Positions 24,426 through 37,709 are shown, counted from the whole stretch's first letter. The stretch: 63,821 nucleotides of DNA, filler included, from Reticulomyxa filosa (GCA_000512085.1; 19 parts of 19 records of this genome joined end to end with filler, not necessarily neighbours in it), one strand, 5' to 3'. The notes: generated from the letters alone by a model not told the origin. Translations and numbers: made by a program.

Positions 24426-26240
24426 TTTGCACAATTGGATAATGATGATGTTTGAATGCATGCAAAATGCTCGCTTTGTGTTTTTCGACTTGTAAATCAA
24501 CAGCTGATGTGGATTTTTCTGTGAGAAAAGAGTGAAACACTTTACTTGGATCTTTCAATGAAGTTTCGTGGATCTGCCAACTTCTTCAACAATTCTTGGG
24601 GAGGATCGTTCAATAAATCGGGTGCAAGTGCATCCTTCGCAGTTTTTTCTGCAATATCTGCCAATAATGCTCTATATCCTTCATCCTTTTCCCCTTCTTC
24701 AATACTTTCATATGTATCTAGTACCGTAGCATGGATCGATTGTTTTTGATCATCTGGGAATTTGGTAAACACATATGCAAATGCACTGAGATAATCTTGG
24801 ATTGATGGGATAATTCTCACCAAAGTTCGAACCAACTCGCGAACACAAGCCATTCGATTTCCCAAAGCCGTATAACTGACCAACACCACAGGTTTGACAT
24901 TTTTGCAAGTTTGCAATGCTTTGATAATTCCCATGCCATTGGCAACATCGACTTCAGGTCCATTAGTATCTTCAAAGCCAGGGGTATCACAAAGTACAAC
25001 ATTGTTTAATTTTATTGATAGTACACCTAATTTCTTCAAGTCGATTGGAACTGCAGTGATATATTTCGTCTCCGATTTTGCACCTGCCCTGCATATCACA
25101 TTGGTCAAAGCCTTATTTATAATCTTGGTCGGTGCAATATGAGGCTTACCATCCACCACTTGTTTTTCCATTGTCGATCCCGCCAAATAATGAATTAACG
25201 TAGACTTGCCCGTCCCTGTGCCTCCAAGAAACAATATCACATGTTTATCCTTTATTTCATTCGCTGCTTTCTCTGCTTTTTTCATCAACTCTAACATCAG
25301 GCGTATGTCAAAATCTTCTTTTTCTTTCACAACCACTGGACTCATCTTGGAGGATTTTTCATGAGATATTTTCGCTTCTTCTTTTTTTTCATCGTCATTA
25401 AATTCATGCATGTTCCCTGCTTTTTTCTGCTTGTATTCCATCATGGGGACTTTAATCTTGCCTTCTTCTCCCTCTCCTTCTATCATTTTATCTGCGTTAA
25501 ATTTGTCGCCGCTTTGATTTCGAGTTCCAGTTTGCTCTTCTTCCCACTCTCCTTCTTTTGTTCGTGCATTCATGTACATCCGTTCCTTGTTCTCTCCATT
25601 TTCGCTGATGTTGTCACTAATTACTTTCAATCGCAAGCAGCATGTGTCACTGTCTTTATATCGCTCTGCCCAAATCACTTTCAAATCTTCACCACTTTGT
25701 ATTTTCTTATTTTGATCACTTTCGCTTAACCATTCATCATTTGTTGATATTCCCACAAATTGTCTCAAATTCTCAAAGTGTTGACTCCAATCCTCTTTTT
25801 CCATTTCGTGATGGAAATTCGGATCATCCGAATTTTTTGGACACCATGTCATGAGTTTGTCTTCTTTCATTATTAGTAAGCATCTCTTTTTTTGTAGAGC
25901 CACATGCATACATACACATATTTTATTTTATTTAATAATTAAAAAAAAATTAGTCTAACCATTTTTAGCGTGTAATACATTGCTGTTTTATTTTTATTGA
26001 ATTCATTCCAAAGATCCATTAGATCATCCTCATTGTTAATTTGATCATCTGGGTTGTCTTTCTTTACAAAAAGGAGTGTGGATGTATCTGTTAATTTTAG
26101 ATTATCTTTAATTATTTGCAATAATTGTTTCCAATTTGCCTCTTTTGATCTTTCCATTCGTCCTTTGTCGCTTAGATCGATTGCTTTGAAAATTACTTTT
26201 TCATTGCCATAAGGTTCAATTGCAAAATGTTTTTCCTTTT
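24426..26240 (-). CDS. TRAFAC-class P-loop GTPase (AIG1/MMR_HSR1-like) with two N-terminal PB1-like repeats; 3' end cut
   Basis: G1 VILFLGGTGTGKST, G2 SET, G3 VLCDTPGFED, G4-like FTK. Upstream repeats W..L...I...L......I....DL...W. Frameshift in an AAA run near 24553. Confidence 0.85.
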
Positions 26241-27165
26241 ATTTTTTGTTTGCTATTATTTGCAGGTTAAAAGATTTGCATGTTTTTTAAAATACGAAAC
26301 CGTTGACTCCAAAATGTTTTTCCACTTCCCCCTCTTCTTTTTTACACATGTCATAAAAGATAAAAATAACAACCTGTTTTGACATGTGCTTGTTTCTTTA
26401 TTAGAGGAAACGGAAGCCAACTTCAAAGCAAAACTTAAAAAGAAGACTCCTTTTTTTCAGAAAGTTTTTCATCAACTATTTTCAGATTTAAACGCTTTAC
26501 TTCCTTTTTGTATTTTGCANNNNNNNNNNNNNNNNNNNNNNNNNNNNNNNNNNNNNNNNNNNNTTAATTAATTAANNNNNNNNNNNNNNNNNNNNNNNNN
26601 NNNNNNNNNNNNNNNNNNNTAAACGATATACATATATGCACGCTGAAGAATCAAAAGTATTTAGTTTTTAATAAAAGTAGAAAATAGTATATTTTTCATT
26701 TTTTGAAAATTTTCAAGCAAGTTAATGATCCGTTTCAGTATTAAAAGCTAAAAACATTACAAGTTTTATTTTGTTTTTTCTGTTATATTAGTTTTTTAAA
26801 AAGAGTTTTGAAAAAGATTATTTTTCATGAATAAATTCAAATATGTTTAGATATTCATTTTAAACACTGACATGAAAAATCAATTAATATCGCAACAAAA
26901 TAGAGGCTATACTATATTGCAACTCAATGAATTATTTTAACTCTGAAGCCATTTATACTTTTAATGTTTTTGAACCTTTCAAATGCAACTTTCATTGAAA
27001 AAAATTATTCCAAAAAATCTGTGTTTTTATAAAACCAATGCTAAAAGTGAGAGAGCAAACATTACCTACATTGTTTAAAATCCAACAAAGTATCGAGTGA
27101 AAAAAGGAAGGCTATTTTATGTATCTCAAAAAAGTTTCCATGACAATTCCAAACTTTGATTAGTC

Positions 27166-28476
27166 TTATTTTTTTGGTGGTACCCCTGGTTGAGTGAAAT
27201 CGACACCAAATTTTGACTCTGCGGACTCTACTTTTACATCTTGCAAAATGGTTTCTATGTCTTTCAGACTACGTGACTGTGAGCCTCTTTCCAATGGTTT
27301 TTGTTGGGAAGTATGTGGTTTCCAAGCAATAAAGAATGCTACTTGAAAGGAGGAGTTGATGACAATGTTAGTGTTGTCTATGCGCAGACCTTTGTGATCG
27401 TCTGTATCGTTATTTGTAGTATCTGAAGCGCGATACATGGCATCGTAAATAGCAGCTGCTGCAATGAAGACATCTTTTGAAACAAATTTTTCACGATTCA
27501 ATCCGCAATGGCTGTCACCACTTCCATGCAAATGCTCCAACAGTACAAACATATTTGGGTATGGGATTTCCATTACCTCACTATCCACAGTCACCAATGC
27601 AAACCCGCATTTGCTGAGCAAATCTCCAACGTCACTGATTCGTACCATTGGACTCAAATGATTTCCAATTCCGCCCAATCTTTCCTTTTTTTATATGATT
27701 TGTGTTTTGTAAATATCAAAAGAAGTCTTAAAATGAATAAATAAAAACTTGCTCGGCCAAGACAAAGGAGCTTCTCAGTTCTTGCAATGTACCCCCAGCG
27801 GCCATGGATCCAATGAAACATCCATCAGGTTTCAGTACCCTCAATATTTCTGTCAACAAGTTGGGTATGTCATTTACCCATTGCAAATTCATGTTGGAAA
27901 ATACAATATCAAACTCGTTGTCTTGAAACGGCAGGGGCTGTCTCGGCACTTGATCTTCGTCGTATTCTTGGCGACGACATGGGATCATGGACTGCCAATC
28001 AAATGGAATCGGGTCTCGATTTAGCATTTCTTGACACATATCCAATTGACATAATTGTTTGATGCCACCTTTTTATTTTATGTTTTTTTTTCATTGCACG
28101 TTATTCCTAAGCAAAGTCTGTCATGGAAATAAAACAATGAATTGACAACCATTGCTGAACCTGGTCGTTTGTCGTTAGGATACATGCGCACATAATTTAT
28201 CAGCTCTTTGTACACTTGACCAGAATTTGCGCCGATTTCTAATGCCTTTGGAAATTCCCGATCAACGTCTTGCAGACGAGAAATCAATCGATTTGCTGTT
28301 TCCAAACGAAAGTAATCATATTCGGGGCTATTTGACAACTCGGCCGCATAGCGCTTTTGGGCTTGTTTCATTTTTCTATTAAACACTATTGTCCCTGCTG
28401 GTGGGGTCGTCGTGCTCATCCTGCGCGGCTGTGTATCGGTGTAACATTTTTTACAAATTTTGAGGAATGAGGCCAT
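27166..28476 (-). CDS. NDUFAF5: Mitochondrial complex I assembly factor NDUFAF5 (SAM-binding arginine hydroxylase)
   Basis: VFNRKMKQAQK..A, YDYFR.E.A.RL..RL.DV.REFP.ALEIG, LPF..NEFDIV.SNM.LQWVNDIP..L..I.RVLKPDG.FIGSM..GGTLQELR.SFVLAEQER.GGI..HLSP. Two introns. Confidence 0.93.
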
Positions 28477-28770
28477 ATTCTCGACATGCACACTAAATTA
28501 TAACGCAGAAAACCCGTCATCTCAAGAGTACAAATATATAATAAGTTCACTTGAACTTACTAAATTTTGTCTAGTTTGGACATTTGAACACAAAGTGTTG
28601 TAATTAATTTGTTCAAGTAACAATAAAAGGAAATTGATTAAGCAGCCTGCAAAAAGAATAAACTTGGATACACATCTTACAACGTATTTTTCTTCCTTGA
28701 GAGCGTGCAGTTGAACAAAACAAAAAAAACGGGAGCTCCCAAACATATACCATTGATAGGCTAAAAGCAA

Positions 28771-30667
28771 ATGTCAACGTCAAAAAAGAAAAGTTTCCTA
28801 AATACACGTTTGTATGTGACAGCAGCGTCGATCTTAGATCAAGTTCTGCAAGGCAGGGGCAGCTTGAAGAGCGTGCTTTACAACAGAGCAGATTCGAACG
28901 ACGGAATGAACCAGTCCATTTATGCGTTGTGCTGTGAAACAATAAAATGTGAGTTGAGTTGTCTTTTATTCGACAAGAAAATAAATAAGGAAGAGATAAA
29001 TCAAACGAACAGACAAGCCTGTCCTCGAAGAAGTGTTGAAGAAACTCGGATCTCAATTGGTGAAAAAACAAAAAAAGGAAGAAAACAAAAAAAGGACGAA
29101 GCATTGCTGTTGATTTTATTGTTTGAGTTATTGTTGAGTTCGAAGAAAGACGAATTCAATAAGAAGCTGAAAAGCGGAAAGCCGAAAAAGACGCAGCACA
29201 AGTTATTTCAGATGTTGTCCACACAATGCAATGCATTGCACTCGCAACTGGTGCGGTTGAAGATCCAACATCACGCCACGTCCAATGAACAGTTGTTGCA
29301 CTGTCTGAGTCCACACACGCCTTCGAGCTCCCACGCAGATTCGGCTTCCGTGATTTACAGATACGCCCGAGTCAACACCGTGCGTCTTTCGTTGTCCGAA
29401 TGCATCCACGTGTTGGAATCCAAATACGGTTTCACCTTTTGCAAGTGTCCCCGTCAAATGAACGTGCTGACTGCTGAGTTCGTTACATCATTACATATGC
29501 GTGTATGTGTGTATGTGTGCGTGTGTATCTTGCACGACGGATGTATCTTTTGTGATTGCGACAGATGCAAATGTGCCAAAAGTGAGGACAAACTGTTTTG
29601 GTGCGATGAACATATCCCAAACTTGTTGGTGTTCCATCATGATGCCAGTCAGGAGTTGGCCATGTCCAACATTGTGACAAAGGACAATGAGTTGATTTTG
29701 CAGGACAAAGCGTCTTGCTTTTCGGCTCATTGTCTGCTGCAGGACGGCGCATTGGGCACAGAGTTCTTTCGGCGCTGTCGTATCGTACTCGACGCGTGCG
29801 CTGCACCAGGCAATAAGACCTCACATTTGTATTGCATTTTGCACGACCAAAACAACACGTCGACTCGGATCCTCGCTTTGGACAGAGACAAAAAAGAGAC
29901 ATGCCTTACTGACGAAGCGACTAAGCGGCTTTTTCCCTGGCGAGGTTGCTTCTACTTGGACGCATGGATACGATGATGCAACGTCCAAACACAGGATTGT
30001 CACCAAGTGCGCTGACTTCTTAACAATCGATCCCGCGAAGGACCCTTTGGCTACACAAATCAAGTACTTCAGTGCTCCTTTTTGTATCTGTTCGTGTTGT
30101 GTCACTTTGTCATTGTTTTTGCCTGTCGATCAAACAAATAGCGCTATCTTGTTGGATCCGACGTGTTCTGGCTCGGGGCTCTTACGTCATCAAACGGGCC
30201 ACTATTTGGATAACGATAACACTAATGCCAAGGAAACAAAAATTCAACTTATTTGCCAATCTCAATTCGAACTACTTAGTCACGCTTGTCAATTCCCAAA
30301 TGTCGACAAAATCGTGTATTCAACATGTTCAATTGACGAAAGGGAAAACGAACAGGTCGTTGACAAGGTGTTATCAAAGTTTGGAAATATATTTCACTGT
30401 GTCAATATTTTACCCAAATGGAAAACCAGGGGGTTGACTCATTATTCATTTGGCCAAAAATGCGTAAGATGTGATCCATACAAAGATGGATTACATGGGT
30501 TTTTTGTCAGTTGTTTGATTCGCAAAAAAGAGCTTTGTGAGGAGACTGACAATGACTTATATACTATTGCAAAATTTTTGGAAGAAGATGAAGAAGAAAT
30601 TGCATCTGATAGTAAAAAACGTACGTATTCCAAAATGATCAGTACTGACATTAAATCTGATATTTAG
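28771..30667 (+). CDS. NSUN5: 25S/28S rRNA m5C methyltransferase NSUN5/Rcm1
   Basis: YARVNT, DEHIPNLLVF, ILQDKASCF, VLDACAAPGNKTSHL, ILLDPTCSGSG, IVYSTCSIDERENEQVV, GFFVS. Includes in-frame introns and a homopolymer frameshift near 29895. Confidence 0.92.
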
Positions 30668-31829
30668 GAAAATATCACTTGATGTTGGTACATGAAATGA
30701 ATAGAAATAATTGTTGCAAAATGTTAAATATTATTATCAATTCTCTATTTATTGAAATTAACATTCTTTATTCAGGTTAATAAAAAACTTTGTAATGACA
30801 GTACAAAGTCAATTTGTTTTTGCTTAACAAACTTAAATTACTATATTTTTTACATGACATGTAAATGTGAATGAGTCAATAAATTAGAATATAAAAACTG
30901 GAAATATAAATAGCTTAATTTGATTATACACGCAACAAATGTTTGAAAAAATAATAGATGCATATTATGTATTAATTTTGGAGATAAAACGTATATTTGT
31001 TATTGATAGTCAATGTGTAATTTATTATTTATATGTTGTGCTGTGAATATAATCTAATAAAAAATAGTATTAATAAATAAAACAAAAAGGTATTTTACAA
31101 ATATAAGAAACAAAACATATATATAGTAAAAACATATATTTATAAATATTATTTTTTTTATTGTGCAGTAATTTGCAAGCAAAACAAAATGTTTTTTTAT
31201 TACATACAATAAGACAACAGAAAGTCATTAATTCAACTACTAAAGCAAAATGTATTTATTAATTGGAAAAATTTAATTAATAATTAATAGAAAATATAAA
31301 GAAACAACATTATATATATTAAAAATGACAGAAAATAATATTATAATACAGTATAATGCAAAGTAAAGTTAACAAATAAAAAAGCACATTATTAATTTTC
31401 TTAATGAAAAAACAACATTCAGACATAATTTTTAAAAAAATATGTACAAATAGTGTAGTTTTAAATATCATTTTGTAATGATTAAATTGTTTGAGTTATA
31501 AACGATAATTTCTGAATTGTTGCTTGTAATACTGTAATTTCATTTTCAATTTTTTTATTTATCAAATTAATCTTTATTTTGACTTTAATTCTTATTATTC
31601 ACTTGCTCAGTTGTTTGGATTTTATTTTTTGGTTGATATAAAGTTTTTTAATAGTAGTTTGATTTTGTAATGTTGTGAGTAGATTGCAATTTCTTTCTTT
31701 TTATTACAGTTTTTGCAACATTTTTTGTTGTAATTTATTTTAGGAGGTTGTCGGTTTAGTATCTGGTGTGTGACTGTGAGATGTGGAAGCGCTTGTTTAA
31801 CTACATGGGTATCTTGTCTTAAGTTGCGT

Positions 31830-32700
31830 TAGAGTACCGAGGTATGGCAGTTTTTTCTGCAATCTACTGTATTTGGAAGGAAAGCAAGAAGATATGTAGA
31901 ACAAGTCCTTCGCACCTAATATCGAAAAAAGATATTGTGTAATGCTTAATTCAAATCCAAAAGAGAAATTCAAAGCCCCAAATCGTATCATATTACAACG
32001 CACAAACAAAAACAAGACAAAGGAAAATATTTTTAAAGCTTTTGTACGGGAGGGCGTGAAGGTGTCCGATTCATTCACTTATCACTGTTATTCGGTTGCA
32101 ACAATAAACTTTGCAAGTTCCTTGATAACTTTCGTTCTTGTTTCCAATCACCAAACAACAAATAATTGATGAAGTCACATTTGAAAACTTGTGGAAGAAA
32201 AATATTTATGACGACAATTTCTGTGTACAAATACGCCAATGATTATTGTCACTCTAATCATTCAAATCAGCAACGTCAGTGATCAAGTTCATTTGCTCAA
32301 ACATTTTCTGAATAACTTCAATGATGACAAGAAAAAATTAAAAAAAAAAAAATATCTACATTCATCATCATTGGCTAGCTAAAAGCCAACAGGGAGTAAC
32401 AGCCTAGCGAAAGGGAGTGGCAAGAATCCTCATAGCGACCCGGCATTATTAAGATGCGAGGAAAGCACTCGCGCCAGAAACGTGCGAGGAACAGCATGCT
32501 CCGAGCAAGAAAAGGCCACTGAAGGCAATAAAACCAAAGAAAAGACCGAAGGCAAGATCTGTAAACTAAAGAAAAGGCACCGAAAGCCCGGAAACCAAAG
32601 AAAAATCCCCGAAGACCCGAAAACCAAGAAAAAGGCTTCCGAAGGACAGGAAATCAAAGAAAAGGCATCCGAATGTCGGAAACCAACGACTTGAAATCTG
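31830..32700 (+). mobile_element. Decayed retroelement-like relic with a degenerate ~30-nt tandem repeat
   Basis: Broken ORF with RIILQRT..KTKENIFKAFVREGVKV and QIRQ*, reminiscent of LINE ORF1. Followed by a GC-richer block and about 6 copies of aaccaaagaaaaggc..ccgaagg (32505-32685). Confidence 0.3.
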
Positions 32701-34430
32701 CAACAATTTTTATGTTTTGTTTTTTGATTGCAATAGTTTTATTCAATTTTGTAAGTAGTGATAGCGGAGAGTGTTGAATTTTATACATTTTAACTTGATT
32801 GAGATTTACCTTCGAAGCATACGTCACTTGCCAAAGTCTCGTAAAGTCTGAGCGTAGTCCCAAAGGGACCCTTGGATTCCCTCTGAGCTGCACAGAAATG
32901 AGGCAAGGCAATCAGCTATGTGATGAAAGTTTTGGGGGTAAAATTGAAATCTTTTTGAAATGATATAAAAGGGGCATTTTCTATCTTCACCAGACAAATT
33001 TAAATTAAAATTATTGCTTCAATGTTAAAGTTTGAATGCTATTGTTGGTTACTTTTTGTAACGTATTATATTATCTAGTACTTTTTTTTTAGCAATAATG
33101 AAATCTTACCCAAGTTAAAATGAGCACTCGTCCCAAAAGGAACACAGTACTATAATAAAAACAAACAAAAAGGAAAAGATTAATAAAGCATATAAAAAAA
33201 ACAAATAAAATCTCAAAGGTTGTACGGCGAGATCAATCAACGGTTGTAAAAACAAATTTGGCTNNNNNNNNNNNNNNNNNNNNNNNNNNNNNNNNNNNNN
33301 NNNNNNNTTAATTAATTAANNNNNNNNNNNNNNNNNNNNNNNNNNNNNNNNNNNNNNNNNNNNATTTACTTATTTATTTATTTATTCCCCTTCTCTTTCT
33401 CCTTCTCCTTCTTACAAAAAAAATAAAAATAAAATAAAAATAAAAATACCACTGAAGGTAACAGGCACTTTTTTTGGTGTCGAACATCGAACAAGAATGA
33501 GAGAAACAGAGAGAGAGAGAGAGAGAGAGAAAAACCCAGACAAAACAACAACAATGATAGTATGTGGATTTAGGAAATTCAAAGAATGTGTGCTGTTATT
33601 TGACGGTGGACTAACTTGCACTTCTTCAATGGAGAGCTTTAGCTTGGCGCAAGAACATGGCTTTTCATGAAAGCAAAAGTCACTTACCTATGTTTATGTC
33701 CACATTTTGCTAGTTGTCAAGTGCTCCATTGTCATTTGTGACACAATGTTGGCAGATTGATAGTTGATCATTTGTTTCACACAAAAATATGCATCTTAAC
33801 ATCCAAATCGCATGCTATCGTCTTGCTGTGCTTCTTGCTTAACACAAACGAGTACCGGCTCAACTCCTCACTATTCGGCGCATTTTCGTCATATTTGTCG
33901 TACCATGCGTCGTGAAAATCTTCTTTGCTCAAGCTCATCCATTTCTTGTTTTGCTTCAGCAACAGAGAAGCAAACAATAACACAAATTTCTCGCCCGCAT
34001 CCATTGGACGTTCAAAGCTGCTTAATGTATGTGGATACATGCGATATCAATTTACATAGGAGCCACCTTTGGAGTGTGCGAGGCCGGGAATAGTCTCTAA
34101 TACCAAAAATTATTGTGGTGTGCTTCTTGGACAATGCTGCTAGAGACAATCGAAATCCTTCACGCTAAAAAATTTTCATTTTCAGACCTAGTATTTATGA
34201 CTTGTTCCAACTTTTCTTGAACAATCTTTTTTTTTTTTTGTAATAGTAAGTAACAATTATCTCATTCTAGCTCCAAGTATTGCAAAATATATGCTTTTTA
34301 ATTCAAATTGCGCTATCCTTTAGTAGCCTCTGTGACATTTTTATAAAATCCAATCAGACTGAAGACAAGAGAGTTCCCGTCGGGAAGAGGGGAGAAGACG
34401 GGACGGGGGCTATTTTAAAACTTTTGTTAA

Positions 34431-35526
34431 ATGAAACGTCGTACAGTGGAACTATTGGAAGAAGTATTAGAATTTGTCATACAAAAATCGGAATCCATGT
34501 CTCAGCCCTCAAAATCGTCTTCCTCCTCGAGTAATCGTGCCTCGTTTTCGAACATCCCAAAGCACAAATGCTGGTACTTGCCCAAGGACGAGACGCAAAT
34601 TACGAACTTGCGTCTGAAGAATCAATCGTTCCCCAATAGTGCCAACCACAAGGTGATCCAAGAAGTGTCTTGGGCCTACCTAAGCAAGCTGGGGATTAAG
34701 TACTTCCACATCGAAGTGGAGCGACACGAGGAATTCAACACATTGCAAATGGTGTCCAGCATTTTGAACATAGCAACGACGACGACGACGACAACGGCAA
34801 CAGCAACGGCGACAACGACGTCCACATCAGCAAAAAAAGCGCATTTTCTGGAAAAGTTTGACTCAACGCATAAGCATTTCAAGAATGGTTTCGAGTTCAA
34901 TGAGAAACTGTTACGTGATTACTTACTTATCTTTGCATTTTTTTTAAAATAAATAAAAAAAAAAAAAAAAAAAAATATGTACACATAAACATATATAAAA
35001 GGTATACCCCCTTTTTTTTTTTTTTAAAAAAAAAAACAAAAAAAACTACGTCCAGACACGTGCACAAAGGTACAGAGGTACGGTACATAACGGAAGGGGA
35101 AGTGTATTACGACATAAGCGACGCGATAATGGAGCAACAGTTGATTCGCATGCACTTATGCAAAGGGGACCTGGTATTGATCCCCAAAGGCCTTTCGCAC
35201 CGCATGTTGTTGCCATTGGCGACACAAGAAGGCGGCAGTGGGCAGCAAGGGAATGGAGGAGGGGACGTCGTGAAATTCAAGCAGTTTGTGACAAAGGACT
35301 GGCAAGACGAAATGCTGACGGCATATCCGTGCAATCCATCGTCGCTGAAGCAGGAGGACGCCACAGCGCAGTCGTTGTTCAAGTCGTATCTCGTATATTA
35401 CATCGTCATGTCCGAAAAAGCGAATCACCGACGGAGTGACTCGATCAAGCACAAAGAAACGACAACCTTGGCCTATTTGCAAGAGAAGAGTTACGATGAC
35501 AAAGGCAAGGACAAAGACAACACCCG

Positions 35527-35563
<37 letters not shown>

Positions 35564-36205
35564 TGACGATGATGATGGTGATGATGATGATGATGACGAT
35601 GAAGACTCTGAACTCAAAACAGATTCCACTCAAACGCAAACATCCTCGGCAATGGCCACGGCCACGTATCAGGACTCCAAAAAGGAGTTCCACAGCTTCA
35701 ATGGAAAGGGCTACGTTCTTGGGGGACGCGCCGGCGCGCTAGCCAACTATCCGCACATGCGCGAGTGCAACGGCATGCTTCACATCAGCGGCACTTCCTC
35801 ACGTCGTCCCGACAATACACACATTGGCGCTGTCAAAGACTCCTCTACCGGAGAGTGGAAGTATGATATTCGTCTTCAGACCCAAGCCGTCTTGGAAAAT
35901 ATCAAAGTCATGATGAGTCAGGCCGGTGTTGGGCTTGAGCATTTGTTACAAGTCACAGTTAATTATTATTTATTATTGTTGTTGGTGTTAATCTTTTTTT
36001 TTTTTTAACTTACTCCAAACTTTTTTTTTTGGGGGGGATATGAAAGGTCTTTTTAGTTGATTTTCAAGACTACCAGGGGATGAATGAAATCTATAATCAA
36101 TACTTTGATGCCTTTAGCGGACCTACACGCACCACGGTTGCAGTGGCCCAATTGCCTCATCCTAACTTACTCATTGAAATACAAGCTGTAGCTGTCAAAC
36201 CCTAA
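34431..36205 (+). CDS. Acireductone-dioxygenase-like cupin apparently fused to a RidA-family 2-aminomuconate-deaminase-like domain
   Basis: ARD part: CWYL, VS..YLSKLGIKYF, HVH.GTEVRYITEGEVYYDISD, IRMHLCKGDLVLIPKGLSHR. RidA part: ANYPH..SGTSSRRPDNT..DIRLQTQAVLENIK, intron 35958-36046, VFLVDFQDYQGMNEIYNQYF..GPTRTTVAVAQLPHPNLLIEIQAVA*. The two frames join if one C is removed at 35523-35525. Confidence 0.8.
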
Positions 36206-37039
36206 GACACTTTTCATCTTTGTGTTGTCTGCTTCTTGCTTTTTTTTCTTCTTGAATTAATTATTTGGTGGCTGTTGATGGGCTGTGTTCCCTGGAAACA
36301 CCAAGTAATTTGTTGTTGTTAACATGTTCAGGTTGATTGAAAAATCGTCTCCTTGTGTTTACGACGTGATATGTATTTGGTTGACTTGGAAAATGACTTT
36401 GTATTTTTGATAAATAGTAGAAAATAACTGCCTCATTTACTCCAAATTTTTAAACATTTAAGCAAAAGAGTAGACAAAATTTGCATTTGCTCTTAAGAAA
36501 ATTAATTAAACAGATGAATTGAGACTGCAGAAAAAAAAGGTGCGACTTCATCGCAACATTTGATAGGATATTACCACCAGGGGGTAATAGATAATCCATT
36601 CGAATCAATGTTTTTCAAGACATTGTTAAGAAAATTAACATACATCCTTAAAGAAGTTTATCACATGATCAATTACAAGTTAAACATTTTCTGCTTAATG
36701 TTTCTTTTTTTGAATTTTCATGCAAAGTTCTATGTTACATTTACAATCGACTGCAAAAAAAAGATCACTCTAAAAGAACACATACTAATATTTGCAAGTA
36801 TGTTCTGAAAAATGTTTATTTTTGAAAGATATTTTTTAATGAAATACATCTGAACATTTGAACNNNNNNNNNNNNNNNNNNNNNNNNNNNNNNNNNNNNN
36901 NNNNNNNTTAATTAATTAANNNNNNNNNNNNNNNNNNNNNNNNNNNNNNNNNNNNNNNNNNNNTTTTTTTTTTTTGTCAAAAATCAAGTTTTCAAAGCAA
37001 GACAATAAAAAGGGAAAAAGAAAAAAAAAAACCAGGAAG

Positions 37040-37675
37040 ATGTCGACAAGACGGCAGTCAATAAAACAAATAGGAGAAAGTGATTCATTCAAAGCAATAT
37101 ATCATCCTGGGATACTTGTGAAAGGTCGTTCTACGAAGCGAACGCCGTCTGTTATTTTAGGTGCAGAAGAGATCCCAACACCAACCAATTACAACTGCGA
37201 GTTGGGTGTTGTCAATGGTGACAACAAAAACTGGATGAGTTGAAATGGTGTTTTTTTTCCCTGAGAAAGGAAGAAGCTTGGCGATAATGGAAGGAGTAGA
37301 AAACAGGGGACGTGTTTGTTTGTGTGACTGCAGAAGAAAGCAAACAACTCGACAAAGTAGCAAGAAAGCAGCCGGTAAAAGTGATGAATGATGAAGTGAG
37401 CCCAGTACCCAACAAATTAAGCTGCAAACCCAAAGGGAGGATAACAGTGGAGAAGATAGGACGATATCACAAAGAAGACGACAAGACGATAACTAAGATC
37501 GATGGACTGAATAACTTGAGTTTCAAAATAGACAAACAATACAATTCGATTCTTCAAAAGACAGAGTGTGGTCAATTTGGTACGCAAGGCATGTGCATCA
37601 CGCGAAGAAATAGACCCAAGGAAAGAGAAAAAGAAAGAGATAAAGCTAAAGGTAGTCATGATTATAGCAATAATG

Positions 37676-37709
<34 letters not shown>

